DNA from: Laetmonice hystrix
Lineage: Eukaryota
Length of the DNA: 64,000 nt
Assembly: GCA_965235115.1 (NCBI GenBank)
Contig: OZ249436.1
Location: 6,512,001-6,576,000 of the forward strand
Reading direction: 5' to 3'
Every line of letters starts with the position of its first letter. Position 1 is the stretch's first letter. The notes beneath the pieces are model-generated. The model was not told the DNA's origin. It was given only the letters and a program-made list of their open reading frames with translations, and did not search any database. Of this stretch, positions 39,796 to 52,894 are shown in pieces. The position numbers and the translations under genes were made by a program.

Positions 39796-41250
39796 CATGA
39801 TAACAGGTGGACGTAACACCTGAGCAAACCGGGCCCGTAAGCTTGTCACTCTTTATCCTCCAAACATTGATGGTGCCAAATTGATGACATCAATACCTAG
39901 CCCTGAGGCTAGTTCGGTGTATCTCCGGTAGCCCTTGTCCATGTGCAAAAAGCCCCCCACCGACCCAGCCGTCACCCCCACTGCCAGCCTCCTGCCACGC
40001 CCGCCAGCCTCTTCAGTTGATGTTGTCAGTCACAGAGGTCTGGTCGACAAAGTGGCTAATCTACTTTCCGTGTAGAGTGGTAAAGGTGGTCAGAGGATGG
40101 CCGCCAGCAGTACAGCGGCCGTCGGTGCCAACATGATATTGCTGACATCCTTCGACCATTACTGTCAGTCGAGCAGGCAGGGTGTGGCCGGACGCCCATG
40201 TCCAGCCACTGTCCAGTCCACCAGCCATGTCAAGCGGACCATGTCCCGGTCAGTTGAGAGATGTCCCGCTCGGCCGGCCAACATGTCCCTCGGCTGGCGA
40301 GCTGACATGAGGGGCGTCAGAGGCCCAACTACCCGACAACTCCGGAGTCACACCCCTACCTGACGGTGAACCACGTGAACAGGGGCACGCCACCTCCCAG
40401 CCTGTCCCGTATATATTGATTATGACCGTTTTGTTATTATATTATTATTGGAGTACCTCCAACTCAGTCTATATTAAAGACGTTAACTCATGACTTATCG
40501 TTTGTACATGATGTTATCAAGAAGACCGATGTCTGTGACATTTGTATTTTAAGGTGATACCAATCTCATTATCATTACTGTGAGAGGTCACGTTCCAGAG
40601 ATCATTCATCATCCTCATCTAATTCCCACTGCATCCCAAGTTATGTTACATTAAATATTCCTAAGCAGCCAGGGGCCTTGGTGTTGCTGCATGGTTTCTA
40701 CGTCAGACAATTGGCCATTGTCTCAGCTGCTGCATCTTTAAGATCATAGATCATCTGGAGTATTATTCTTTGGATCCTATCTTAGTGGCGATCGATGACA
40801 AGGGTATTGATCTGGTGTATTGTGAAGTATTACACTGCATTGTCTGACCAGAGATCAGTGGGTGCACCTGCCGTGTCTCTGGTTTTGTTATAATGTAACC
40901 TAGACTGAATTATTGATGGTACGCCTGCAGCAAGCCCTTGGCCTGCTATTGTATTCGAAACATGAGTTAGTACATAAATAACCAGATAAACATCAATATC
41001 TGACAAAGATATGGCACGTCCTAATCTCTAACAAATTCTCCTGCAGAATATCATGACACCAAGAACAGTGAGGCTTTTGAAAACGTGAATTAGATGTGTG
41101 TTCTTTATTCGCGTTTTTTTCTCAGCCCCAGAGGTGAGCCTCGAGTCCCTTGAGACACAGGGAGGAACGTAGCGTGTGTTGATATTGTGAAACGTTACAC
41201 GCCTCGGAACGGGAAGTAAATGTGGTGATATGAGCGGTCACGTGCTTCTG

Positions 41251-42496
41251 GCAGGTCGGACCATTCAAACCAGTCACAATACGACACCTACTAACACGTC
41301 CAGCAGGTCGGACCATTCAAACCAGTCACAATACGACACCTACTAACACGTCCAGCAGGTCGGACCATTCAAACCAGTCACAATACGACACCTACTAACA
41401 CGTCCAGCAGGTCGGACCATTCAAACCAGTCACAATACGACACCTACTAACACGTCCAGCAGGTCGGACCATTCAAACCAGTCACAATACGACACCTTCT
41501 AACACGTCCAGCGGGTCGGACCATTCAAACCAGTCACAATACGACACCTACTAACACGTCCAGCAGGTCGGACCATTCAAACCAGTCACAATACGACACC
41601 TACTAACACGTCCCGCAGGTCGGACCATTCAAACCAGTCACAATACGACACCTACTAACACGTCCAGCAGGTCGGACCATTCAAACCAGTCACAATACGA
41701 CACCTACTAACACGTCCAGCAGGTCGGACCATTCAAACCAGTCACAATACGACACCTACTAACACGTCCCGCAGGTCGGACCATTCAAACCAGTCACAAT
41801 ACGACACCTACTAACACGTCCAGCAGGTCGGACCATTCAAACCAGTCACAATACGACACCTACTAACACATCCAGCAGGTCGGACCATTCAAACCAGTCA
41901 CAATACGACACCTACTAACACGTCCCGCAGGTCGGACCATTCAAACCAGTCACAATACGACACCTACTAACACGTCCCGCAGGTCGGACCATTCAAACCA
42001 GTCACAATACGACACCTACTAACACGTCCAGCAGGTCGGACCATTCAAACCAGTCACAATACGACACCTACTAACACGTCCCGCAGGTCGGACCATTCAA
42101 ACCAGTCACAATACGACACTTACTAACACGTCCAGCAGGTCGGACCATTCAAACCAGTCACAATACGACACCTACTAACACGTCCAGCAGGTCTGACCAT
42201 TCAAACCAGTCACAATACGACACCTACTAACAGGTCCAGCAGGTCGGACCATTCAAACCAGTCACAATACGACACCTACTAACACGTCCAGCAGGTCGGA
42301 CCATTCAAACCAGTCACAATACGACACCTACTAACACATCCAGCAGGTCGGACCATTCAAACCAGTCACAATACGACACCTACTAACACGTCCAGCAGGT
42401 CGGACCATTCAAACCAGTCACAATACGACACCTACTAACACGTCCAGCAGGTCGGACCATTCAAACCAGTCACAATACGACACCTACTAACACGTT
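41251..42496. repeat. 52-bp minisatellite, ~24 copies
   Basis: Unit CAGGTCGGACCATTCAAACCAGTCACAATACGACACCTACTAACACGTCCAG. Confidence 0.98.
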
Positions 42497-43201
42497 CACT
42501 GATCGTTTCCTTTTCCGGTTTCATCCCGTGTAGATATATTAAAATAAAGAAGAGTTGATTTCTAGGAAACTATAGGCCTACTTCTTCCTGAGCAAGATTT
42601 ATGTATCACCAGGTCGCCATACATCGACCATCTGATGTTAACATCTTTGAGACGGAACAAGGAAATCGGTAGTATCTGTTGTATCTGACAGACAAACATA
42701 TGTTGGTGCAACCCACTCACCCTGAAGGGGTATCAACCCTGAGATGTTGAACAACCAGGCTGACTGACGGCTCACAGTCTGAGCTGACTGCTCCATGAAC
42801 TGCTGCCGGCCGTAATATATCTTACAGGTGGCAGGCCGCCATCGTCTTGGCTGATACGGGGGAAAGAAGAAAATGAAGTTGTAGGCTATAGGGGGGACTC
42901 CTGAAAGAGAATTCGTTAGATCTTATCGAGCTTACAACTAGGCATAAATAACGTAAATATTTAGATCAGGCCATAGTATCGGGAAATCAGGCGCGAGATG
43001 TCGCGAGGATTAAATGCCCTGGTACCCTTCTATTATCGCTCATTGCGTGTCACGGTTTGGGCCTAGCGTCATCAAGACACGGCTCTATTTGTACCTGTAG
43101 TTGAACATACCAAGATTTGGTAAGTAGGCCTACCAACCTAAACTGCCTCAGTTCATACCCTGTTACAGGAGAAACGAGGCTTGCGTGACCTATAAACGGG
43201 A

Positions 43202-44476
43202 ATATTGGTGAATAATCTACAGTGTGATTGCTTGATGGGTATATTGGTGAATAATCTACAGTGTGATTGTTTGGTGTTTCAGGTACTGTATATTGGTGAA
43301 TAATCTACAGTGATTGGTGTGTCAGGTATTTTGGTGAATAATCTACAGTGTGATTGGTATTTCAGGTATTTAGGTCAATAATCTACAGTGTGATTGGTGT
43401 TTCAGGTATTTTGGTCAATAATCTACAGTGTGATTGGTGTTTCAGGTATTTTGGTCAATAATCTACAGTGTGATTGGTGTTTCAGGTATTTTGGTAAATA
43501 ATCTACAGTGTGATTGTTTGGTGTTTCAGGTATATTGGTGAATAATCTACAGTGTGATTGGTGTTTCAGGTATATTGGTAAATAATCTACAGTGTGATTG
43601 TTTGGTGTTTCAGGTATTTTGGTAAATAATCTACAGTGTGATTGGTGTTTCAGGTATTTTGGTAAATAATCTACAGTGTGATTGTTTGGTGTTTCAGGTA
43701 TATTGGTAAATAATCTACAGTGTGATTGTTGTTTCAGGTATTTTGGTGAATAATCTACAGTGTGATTGGTGTTTCAGGTATATTGGTGAATAATCTACAG
43801 TGTGATTGTTGTTTCAGGTATTTTGGTGAATAATCTACAGTGTGATTGGTGTTTCAGGTATATTGGTGAATAATCTACAGTGTGATTGTTTGGTGTTTCA
43901 GGTATTTTGGTAAATAATCTACAGTGTGATTGGTGTTTCAGGTATGGTGAATAATCTACAGTGTGATTGGTGTTTCAGGTATATTGGTGAATAATCTACA
44001 GTGTGATTGTTTGGTGTTTCAGGTATATTGGTGAATAATCTACAGTGTGATTGTTGTTTCAGGTATTTTGGTAAATAATCTACAGTGTGATTGGAGTTTC
44101 AGGTATATTGGTGAATAATCTACAGTGTGATTGGTGTTTCAGGTATTTTGGTGAATAATCTACAGTGTGATTGTTTGGTGTTTCAGGTATATTGGTAAAT
44201 AATCTACAGTGTGATTGTTGTTTCAGGTATTTTTGTAAATAATCTACAGTGTGATTGGAGTTTCAGGTATATTGGTGAATAATCTACAGTGTGATTGTTT
44301 GGTGTTTCAGGTATATTGGTGAATAATCTACAGTGTGATTGTTGTTTCAGGTATATTGGTGAATAATCTACAGTGTGATTGGAGTTTCAGGTATATTGGT
44401 GAATAATCTACAGTGTGATTGGTGTTTCAGGTATTTTGGTGAATAATCTACAGTGTGATTGTTTGGTGTGTTTCAG
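43202..44476 (+). repeat. 40/44-bp minisatellite, ~30 copies, ending at the splice acceptor of the next exon
   Basis: Unit GTATWTTGGTRAATAATCTACAGTGTGATTG(TTTG)GTGTTTCAG. The final copy ends ...GTGTGTTTCAG at 44476. Confidence 0.97.
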
Positions 44477-45727
44477 GGTGGCATGTACAAGGGGAGGATG
44501 CGGTGACCCATGGCACGAATGTCACGTGGCTATCATCCTCACGACTTCTGAGTCAGGTCCTCAGAACTTCCGCCACCACCACTGCAACCACCGCCACCGC
44601 CACCACCGGACAGAGTCAGCATTTCCCAACAAATCCACGATTATCGTGGATATCTACCACATCCAACAGGACGGAGGTCTCCAACACCAACTCACACGTA
44701 CCAACTACTTCTACACCCCACTCATATAACGTCACTGTCAGCTCCAACATCCTCAACCAACCTCCTACATCAAACAAACCTCCTGGCACTCCCAAAGATA
44801 ACATTTTATACAAACTCACACATATTGCCATAGGTTATAATGAATCATTCAAGTCCCAAGGGGCACCCGGTGTCCCGTCTGCTCTGGTGATGAACAACAA
44901 CAACACCACTGACCCTTTAATCAGAGACACTGGCCAGAGGCTCAGCAACAAAACTAAAGTTACTCAGCCTCACAGGTCTGCACCCATGGGCCGAGAGGAC
45001 CTTACCGCTAGTCATAGCCAGAGCAAAGGATCCTTACCGGGCCTCGGGTCGACTGTAGGTGCTTTGCTGCTGCCCTCTAGTGTTGATTTGAGGGATTCTG
45101 AGACTAACGAGTCTCAGTCATTATACGAGCCAAAGGAGGGAGTTTCTGAGGGACACAGCGAGGCTGCTGGGTCTCCTCATTATTTGAATTCGACGCCATC
45201 CAGCAAAAGTTCCCGCCAGACTGTAGGGCGGACCGACTCCGGCCAGGAGCAGGGCCTGTCGCAGAGAGAAAACAATGCACTGCAAAATTCCTTAGGAGTT
45301 AAGGAAAATTCTAGAGGGGTGTCAAAGGAGGGCCCCCTAGGTGAGTTTACAGGGGGGTCAGACATGGCTGCCAGCCCAGACTCCTACCTGGATTCCATAT
45401 CAGCATCCTCCGATGGTGACACAGGAGATGATGGGGATGAAGAGTACGAGATCCCCTTGTTCTCCATACTGGACGATGACATGGACGTCAACGTGACCCT
45501 ACCGGAGGACGAGGAGCTGAGGACTAACAACACTTCCCGTAACGCTACCTGGTGGCGGACGGAGGTGGATGATGACCCCCCAGAGGGCACGGCCCCTCCA
45601 GGGGGTAATTCTAGTTGGGGTAATGACCCCAACGCCAGCTCCTTGCACTCCGACCTACAGGGTGACGATAGTGAGGAAGGTGCAGAGGACAGAGATATAA
45701 CTAAGGACGACCAATACTATCTCAGAG
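44477..45727 (+). CDS. Large internal coding exon (417 codons, phase 1-1) of an uncharacterised mucin-like/acidic secreted or cell-surface glycoprotein
   Basis: This is the only long non-repetitive ORF (inside 44455-45843). It is bounded by acceptor TTTCAG| at 44476 and donor AGAG|GTGAGC at 45727/8, after which the sequence turns AT-rich. Translation WHVQGEDAVTH...DDQYYLR is S/T-rich then D/E-rich, has no Cys and has about 15 N-x-S/T sequons by manual count. I could not identify the other exons. Confidence 0.82.
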
Positions 45728-46440
45728 GTGAGCAAACATTAAATTTCATATCGACAGTTGTTTTTATGTCTCAGAGTGTTTTACCACTTTTATTTGTATT
45801 TTATTGCAGCAATTTGTCCTTTTTATTACAGCACAGGCAATAACGCCTGTATCTACAGTCGTCAAAAACTCATAGACTTATAGCAAGGCACGCACGTTTC
45901 TCCATCACATAGAGTGATATAGAGTGTCTTATTATTAATTTCGACGGTCATTTAAAGATAATAGAAGATTGAGTGTAGATGAAGAAAGAAAAACAGATAA
46001 AAAAATAAATTGGTGTCATCATTCTTCACACAAAAGACAGCAGCCTCTGATTTGATCAATAATCCCAATATCACAAGTCGTCGCCCATCAGTCAAAGTAC
46101 TTTATATGTTGATGTTCTTTGTCCGTCCCTACTCACTGCTCGTGCTAAACCTCAATGAGAGCTTGGTATTTTTTGTCTGGGCCGACTGGTATCCGAGATT
46201 CCTATACCCGGGAGAGTTGGCATTGTCTGTGTGTCTGTGGTATTAGTCAGACTCCACACCTCCCCAAGGTAAGTGTCCGGGCTGGGGGTCGCTGCTGGTG
46301 GGTCCATTGTGTGTGGGCACCGCCTGGGGTCTGTTGGCGGGTCACCTTTCACCCCCACATCAATGGCTCAGTCAGGATCAAGAGCCATGGGACAACTGGG
46401 GGCAGAATGTCCGGACGGCAATGTGAGGGAAGCTAGAGAG

Positions 46441-49090
46441 AGTGTTCCACCTCCTCTACACAAGTAGATACTGGTACAGTGTTCTACCTCATCTACACAA
46501 GTAGATACTGGTACAGTGTTCCACCTCCTCTACACAAGTAGATATGGGTACAGTGTTCCACCTCCTCTACACAAGTAGATACTGGTACAGTGTTCCACCT
46601 TACCTACACAAGTAGATACTGGTACAGTGTTCCACCTCCTCTACACAAGTAGATACTGGTACAGTGTTCCACCTCATATACACAAGTAGATACTGGTACA
46701 GTGTTCCATGTCATCTACACAAGTAGATACTGGTACAGTGTTCCACCTCATCTACACAAGTAGATACTGGTACAGTGTTCCACCTCATATACACAAGTAG
46801 ATACTGGTACAGTGTTCCACCTCATCTACACAAGTAGATACTGGTACAGTGTTCCACCTCATCTACACAAGTAGATACTGGTACAGTGTTCCACCTCATA
46901 TACACAAGTAGATACTGGTACAGTGTTCCATGTCATCTACACAAGTAGATACTGGTACAGTGTTCCATGTCATCTACACAAGTAGATACTGGTACAGTGT
47001 TCCACCTCCTCTACACAAGTAGATACTGGTACAGTGTTCCACCTCATATACACAAGTAGATACTGGTACAGTGTTCCACCTCCTCTACACAAGTAGATAC
47101 TGGTACAGTGTTCCACCTCATCTACACAAGTAGATACTGGTACAGTGTTCCACCTCATCTACACAAGTAGATACTGGTACAGTGTTCTACCTCATCTACA
47201 CAAGTAGATACTGGTACAGTGTTCTACCTCATCTACACAAGTAGATACTGGTACAGTGTTCTACCTCATATACACAAGTAGATACTGGTACAGTGTTCCA
47301 CCTCCTCTACACAAGTAGATTCTGGTACAGTGTTCTACCTCATCTACACAAGTAGATACTGGTACAGTGTTCCACCTCATCTACACAAGTAGATACTGGT
47401 ACAGTGTTCCACCTCATCTACACAAGTAGATACTGGTACAGTGTTCTACCTCATCTACACAAGTAGATACTGGTACAGTGTTCTACCTCATATACACAAG
47501 TAGATACTGGTACAGTGTTCCACCTCCTCTACACAAGTAGATTCTGGTACAGTGTTCTACCTCATCTACACAAGTAGATACTGGTACAGTGTTCTACCTC
47601 ATCCACACAAGTAGATACTGGTACAGTGTTCCATGTCATCTACACAAGTAGATACTGGTACAGTGTTCCACCTCCTCTACACAAGTAGATACTGGTACAG
47701 TGTTCCACCTCCTCTACACAAGTAGATACTGGTACAGTGTTCCACCTCCTCTACACAAGTAGATACTGGTACAGTGTTCCACCTTACCTACACAAGTAGA
47801 TACTGGTACAGTGTTCCACCTCATCTACACAAGTAGATACTGGTACAGTGTTCTACCTCATATACACAAGTAGATACTGGTACAGTGTTCCACCTCCTCT
47901 ACACAAGTAGATACTGGTACAGTGTTCCATGTCATCTACACAAGTAGACACTGGTACAGTGTTCCACCTCATCTACACAAGTAGATACTGGTACAGTGTT
48001 CCACCTCTTCTACACAAGTAGATACTGGTACAGTGTTCCACCTCATATACACAAGTAGATACTGGTACAGTGTTCCACCTCATCTACACAAGTAGATACT
48101 GGTACAGTGTTCCACCTCATCTACACAAGTAGATACTGGTACAGTGTTCCACCTCATCCACACAAGTAGATACTGGTACAGTGTTCCATGTCATCTACAC
48201 AAGTAGATACTGGTACAGTGTTCCACCTTATCTACACAAGTAGATACTGGTACAGTGTTCCACCTCATATACACAAGTAGATACTGGTACAGTGTTCCAT
48301 GTCATCTACACAAGTAGATACTGGTATAGTGTTCCACCTCATCTACACAAGTAGATACTGGTACAGTGTTCCACCTCATATACACAAGTAGATACTGGTA
48401 CAGTGTTCCACCTCCTCTACACAAGTAGATACTGGTACAATGTTCTACCTCATCTACACAAGTAGATACTGGTACAGTGTTCTACCTGATCTACACAAGT
48501 AGATACTGGTACAGTGTTCTACCTCATATACACAAGTAGATACTGGTACAGTGTTCCACCTCCTCTACACAAGTAGATACTGGTACAGTGTTCTACCTCA
48601 TCTACACAAGTAGATACTGGTACAGTGTTCCACCTCCTCTACACAAGTAGATACTGGTACAGCGTTCTACCTCATCTACACAAGTAGATACTGGTACAGT
48701 GTTCCACCTCATATACACAAGTAGATACTGGTACAGTGTTCCACCTCCTCTACACAAGTAGATACTGGTACAGTGTTCCACCTCATTTACACAAGTAGAT
48801 ACGGGTACAGTGTTCTACCTCCTCTACACAAGTAGATACTGGTACAGTGTTCCACCTCATATACACAAGTAGATACTGGTACAGTGTTCCACCTCATCTA
48901 CACAAGTAGATACTGGTACAATGTTCTACCTCATATACACAAGTAGATACTGGTACAGTGTTCCATGTCATCTACACACGTAGATACTGGTACAGTGTTC
49001 CACCTCATATACACAAGTAGATACTGGTACAGTGTTCCACCTCATATACACAAGTAGATACTGGTACAGTGTTCCACCTCACCTACACGG
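46441..49090. repeat. 37-bp minisatellite, ~71 copies
   Basis: Unit AGTGTTCCACCTCATCTACACAAGTAGATACTGGTAC. Confidence 0.99.
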
Positions 49091-49356
49091 GTACATATAA
49101 TGGACATCTGGTGACGCTGATTGCCAAGCGTCATTACCTGTGGTAAAACGGAATTCTGTCTCCGTTTGATGGCCCCTGCCAGACCCTTGTTCAAGAGTAT
49201 AATAACTTACGGCATTACAGAAAAGCTTAGGAATGGTTCGTCTCTGTATTTGCAAGGTATAGGCGTGTGTAAATATTGTAGGTTTTGTCGGCAGTGGTAC
49301 CAACCTCTGAGGCATTCACATTCAGCTAGATCATCAACTCTGTTTCCAAAGGTTAA

Positions 49357-49696
49357 AGGTGCTATTCGTCTCGCACAGAATGGCATTTCTCCTATCATAC
49401 ATTGTGCACATAGTACTAGAAAAAATTCCTACCGATACCTTTGGCCTGATAAACCTTCTATTAGTTCATGTGCAGCATTTGAAACCTATCTCGGTGCGCA
49501 CCGAGATAGCGCCATTTCCTATGGAGGGGCGTGTCAGGGTCTCCACAGGCCTTCTGAGAGAGCCCCATTTGTGCCGTTATCCATGAACAATTTTGATTTC
49601 CTTTGTTGTGAATCTATTTCCATGATAGGTGGGATCACATAAACGTCAACAAAATAAAAAATAAAATAATTGAACTTTTTTTCACGAATAGCACCT
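49357..49696. mobile_element. 340-bp non-autonomous DNA transposon, Kolobok-like
   Basis: Perfect 13-bp TIRs AGGTGCTATTCGT (49357-49369) and ACGAATAGCACCT (49684-49696), with TTAA on both sides (49353-49356, 49697-49700). Confidence 0.85.
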
Positions 49697-49973
49697 TTAA
49701 GACTAGATTGGACTTATTATGGTACTGAACAGGGGAGGTTAATTGGAGTGTTTCCGGGCCAATGGGGGTGGGCAGTGATAAACGTGGCCACAACGAAGCT
49801 ACTCAGAACGAAAGAGTTCCTGTGAATGGCATCCTGCCCCTCGTCCAACCAGCACGCAACCATCAGTACTCCATTGACCTTTCTACCTGCGTGCAGCTCC
49901 AAGGTCAGCAAGGTGCTATATTCTTCACCTGGATTGATGAGAGAGTTGTTGAGGTAATTGATATAGGAGGAAA

Positions 49974-50924
49974 CATTACCTCCAGGAAGGTTCAGGTGGT
50001 AGTACGTTACCTCCAGGAAGGTCCAGGTGGTAGTACATTACCTCCAGTAAGGTTCAGGTGGTAGTACGTTACCTCCAGGAAGGTTCAGGTGGTAGTATCA
50101 TAGGGTGGCCTTCCCTAACGTCTGTCGTTACCTCCAGGAAGGTTCAGGTGGTAGTACATTACCTCCAGGAAGGTTCAGGTGGTAGTACATTACCTCCAGG
50201 AAGGTTCAGGTGGTAGTACATTACCTCCAGGAAGGTTCAGGTGGTAGTACATTACCTCCAGGAAGGTTCAGGTGGTAGTACATTACCTCCAGTAAGGTTC
50301 AGGTGGTAGTACATTATCTCCAGTAAGGTTCAGGTGGTAGTACATTACCTCCAGGAAGGTTCAGGTGGTAGTACATTACCTCCAGTAAGGTTCAGGTGGT
50401 AGTACATTACCTCCAGTAAGGTTCAGGTGGTAGTATCATAGGGTGGCCTTCCCTAACGTCTGTCGTTACCTCCAGTAAGGTTCAGGTGGTAGTACAGTAT
50501 CTCCAGGAAGGTTCAGGTGGTAGTACGTTACCTCCAGTAAGGTTCAAGTGGTAGTACGTTACCTCCAGTAAGGTTCAGGTGGTAGTACATTACCTCCAGT
50601 AAGGTTCAGGTGGTAGTACATTACATCCAGTAAGGTTCAGGTGGTAGTATCATAGGGTGGCCTTCCCTAACGTCTGTCGTTACCTCCAGTAAGGTTCAGG
50701 TGGTAGTACAGTATCTCCAGGAAGGTTCAGGTGGTAGTACGTTACCTCCAGTAAGGTTCAAGTGGTAGTACGTTACCTCCAGTAAGGTTCAGGTGGTAGT
50801 ACATTACCTCCAGTAAGGTTCAGGTGGTAGTACGTTACCTCCAGTAAGGTTCAGGTGGTAGTACGTTACCTCCAGTAAGGTTCAGGTGGTAGTACGTTAC
50901 CTCCAGTAAGGTTCAGGTGGTAGT
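49974..50924. repeat. 31-bp minisatellite interrupted three times by a ~30-bp insert
   Basis: Unit TTACCTCCAGKAAGGTTCAGGTGGTAGTACR. Insert TCATAGGGTGGCCTTCCCTAACGTCTGTCG occurs at ~50098, ~50435 and ~50650. Confidence 0.97.
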
Positions 50925-52894
50925 CTCCCCTAACGTCCGTCGTTAATGAGTTCTGAATGCCGACAAAGAACGCTTGAACAGCGCCATGATTGAGCGTGAA
51001 GGACTTTACCACTTTCTTTGCGGCCTCATGTGATGGCATGCAACCATTCAAAATATTTTATTCCTCGCCAGTTTTACACCTGGTTGGCGTGCGTGGCATT
51101 GCAACCTGTGTTGTCCGTAATTATGAATCCGTTTGTGTGATTAGAACGGTGACGATGAAAACTAGCGACAGACCGTGAAGTATGGAAAGTTTCCGTTAAC
51201 AACCCGACGCAATCACCGAGTGCTGGGAAGTATTCGTTCACACCATGAATGAGCTGATCGAGAAATCGTTACCATTAAACATATTTCCACTCAGAAACCC
51301 ATTCTGATCGTTAATCTTCAAGGATTTGTGTTTGAAACTTGGCAAAATCAGGCCGCATTCCTAACTTATCCTCACCACACGCCTCTTTAAGATTGACAGA
51401 AGCGTTATTTTTAGAAGAAGGACATTTTGATGGGCCTGTCAGCTGTGATTGGTGTGTTGTGCAGGAAGTGGCCGATGTGTCCGCAGGGATTGACGGGGGC
51501 TCGTGTCTCAGAACGAGGCTAATAGGGTAATTACAGTGTGTGGTTAACATGATGCCATGCCAGCTGACACCAACATGACTTCAGCTCTGTCATTTGCCTT
51601 CGGCATACATTTTTTTTCAAGAAGAACAGAATTGCAGGAGTTTTTAGAACAAACTTACCAATGAAAAAACCGGTTCCCTGGGAGATTCTGTACGCTATGT
51701 AATTACAAGCAGGCCGTAGCTCACACAGCATTCACCATTCACCGATAACACTGCAATATGTATAAATGTCAAGGGCTTGGGTTTTTTTTAAATTACAGAC
51801 CAATAGCTGGAAGCCCCATTACGATAAAACAAGCGGGAAAACTAGGTACAGGCAGAGTGAAACCAAATGAAAAAATGAGACCAGACTCTGACTTGGTGTC
51901 ACAGATTTAACTTGTTCATAGGGGAAAAATTAAAATCTGGACGGTGCCTTATCGTCATTGACAGTTTCATCATTAATGGTTATCCGCCATTTTATATTGA
52001 CGTGGTTAGACGTCGTATATTAATGTCATTAACACCAGAACATCAGACGCCGTCTGTGGTATCATACTGTGGTAACCACCTTAAAGTCGTCAAATAACAA
52101 AGTTTCTCAAATTATCTATCGAGTTATTCAGTCCTGGTGGCTTGCCTCATTGCCATACAAAAAATGGCATAAATTTTAGTCGTCGAGTTTCCTTGCCGGA
52201 AATTTCATTGTAAGTAGTAATGAAAAATGTCACTTTGTGTCAGGCATTATAGGTGTTTCACTTGAGGGCTGGCACGATAGGAAACATTAGCGGGGCACTA
52301 TCTAGTAGCTATCTATCAGCCCTGGGACATAAGGTGGAATGATAGTAGCAGACCATCTTTATAAAAAATAAACCACACTGGCTCCCTTTGCCGTCAGCAC
52401 TGTCGATCATTAAGTGGAGTATCAGCCTCTGTCTGTGGAAACCATTGCCTTTTATCACTCGGGTCCATTCAGACCACATTAGGGGCCGCAAGGATTGAGA
52501 CGTCTGTCATCTAGAGCCGTAACCCTACATCAGGCTGTGGTGTGGCAGGTCATAGCACCATCCTCACAGGCCATCGCCAATCTATATCACAGGTCCATAT
52601 CGCCAGCCCGGCTCAGGCTTCACTCCCCAGTGGCGCCAAAATTGGAATGGGGATCGTCCCATCCTGAGCCTTTTGATTATCACACCCAGTCTTATCGGTT
52701 AGATAACAGCGCTAGTCGGCGGACACTACGGGCGCCGTCACGTGGTGAGAGAGGCAAGGCCGGCCTTGTTCACCAACACCAAAAACACCGTATAACATTC
52801 GGGATAGGAATGTTGATGGGGACGATGTTATAATCATCTCCACTCATCGAAAGGATGACACGCTATTATGTTCAACAAGGTCAGTATTTTAGTC

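Noticed and set aside
39950..40410. GC-rich stretch as the missing signal-peptide exon (also considered 30530-30850 and 11900-12130)
   Set aside because: I found no hydrophobic leader ending in a phase-1 donor; the ORFs are short and uninformative.
43101..43119. 19-nt candidate microexon (CTGTAG|...|GTAAGT)
   Set aside because: The splice motifs are plausible, but there is no coding or contextual support and such matches are expected by chance.
44455..45843. Full 462-aa ORF as a single-exon gene with a C-terminal hydrophobic tail
   Set aside because: It begins at a GTG inside the minisatellite. The hydrophobic tail follows a good donor (45728 GTGAGC) in AT-rich intron-like sequence, so it is better explained as an internal exon with read-through.
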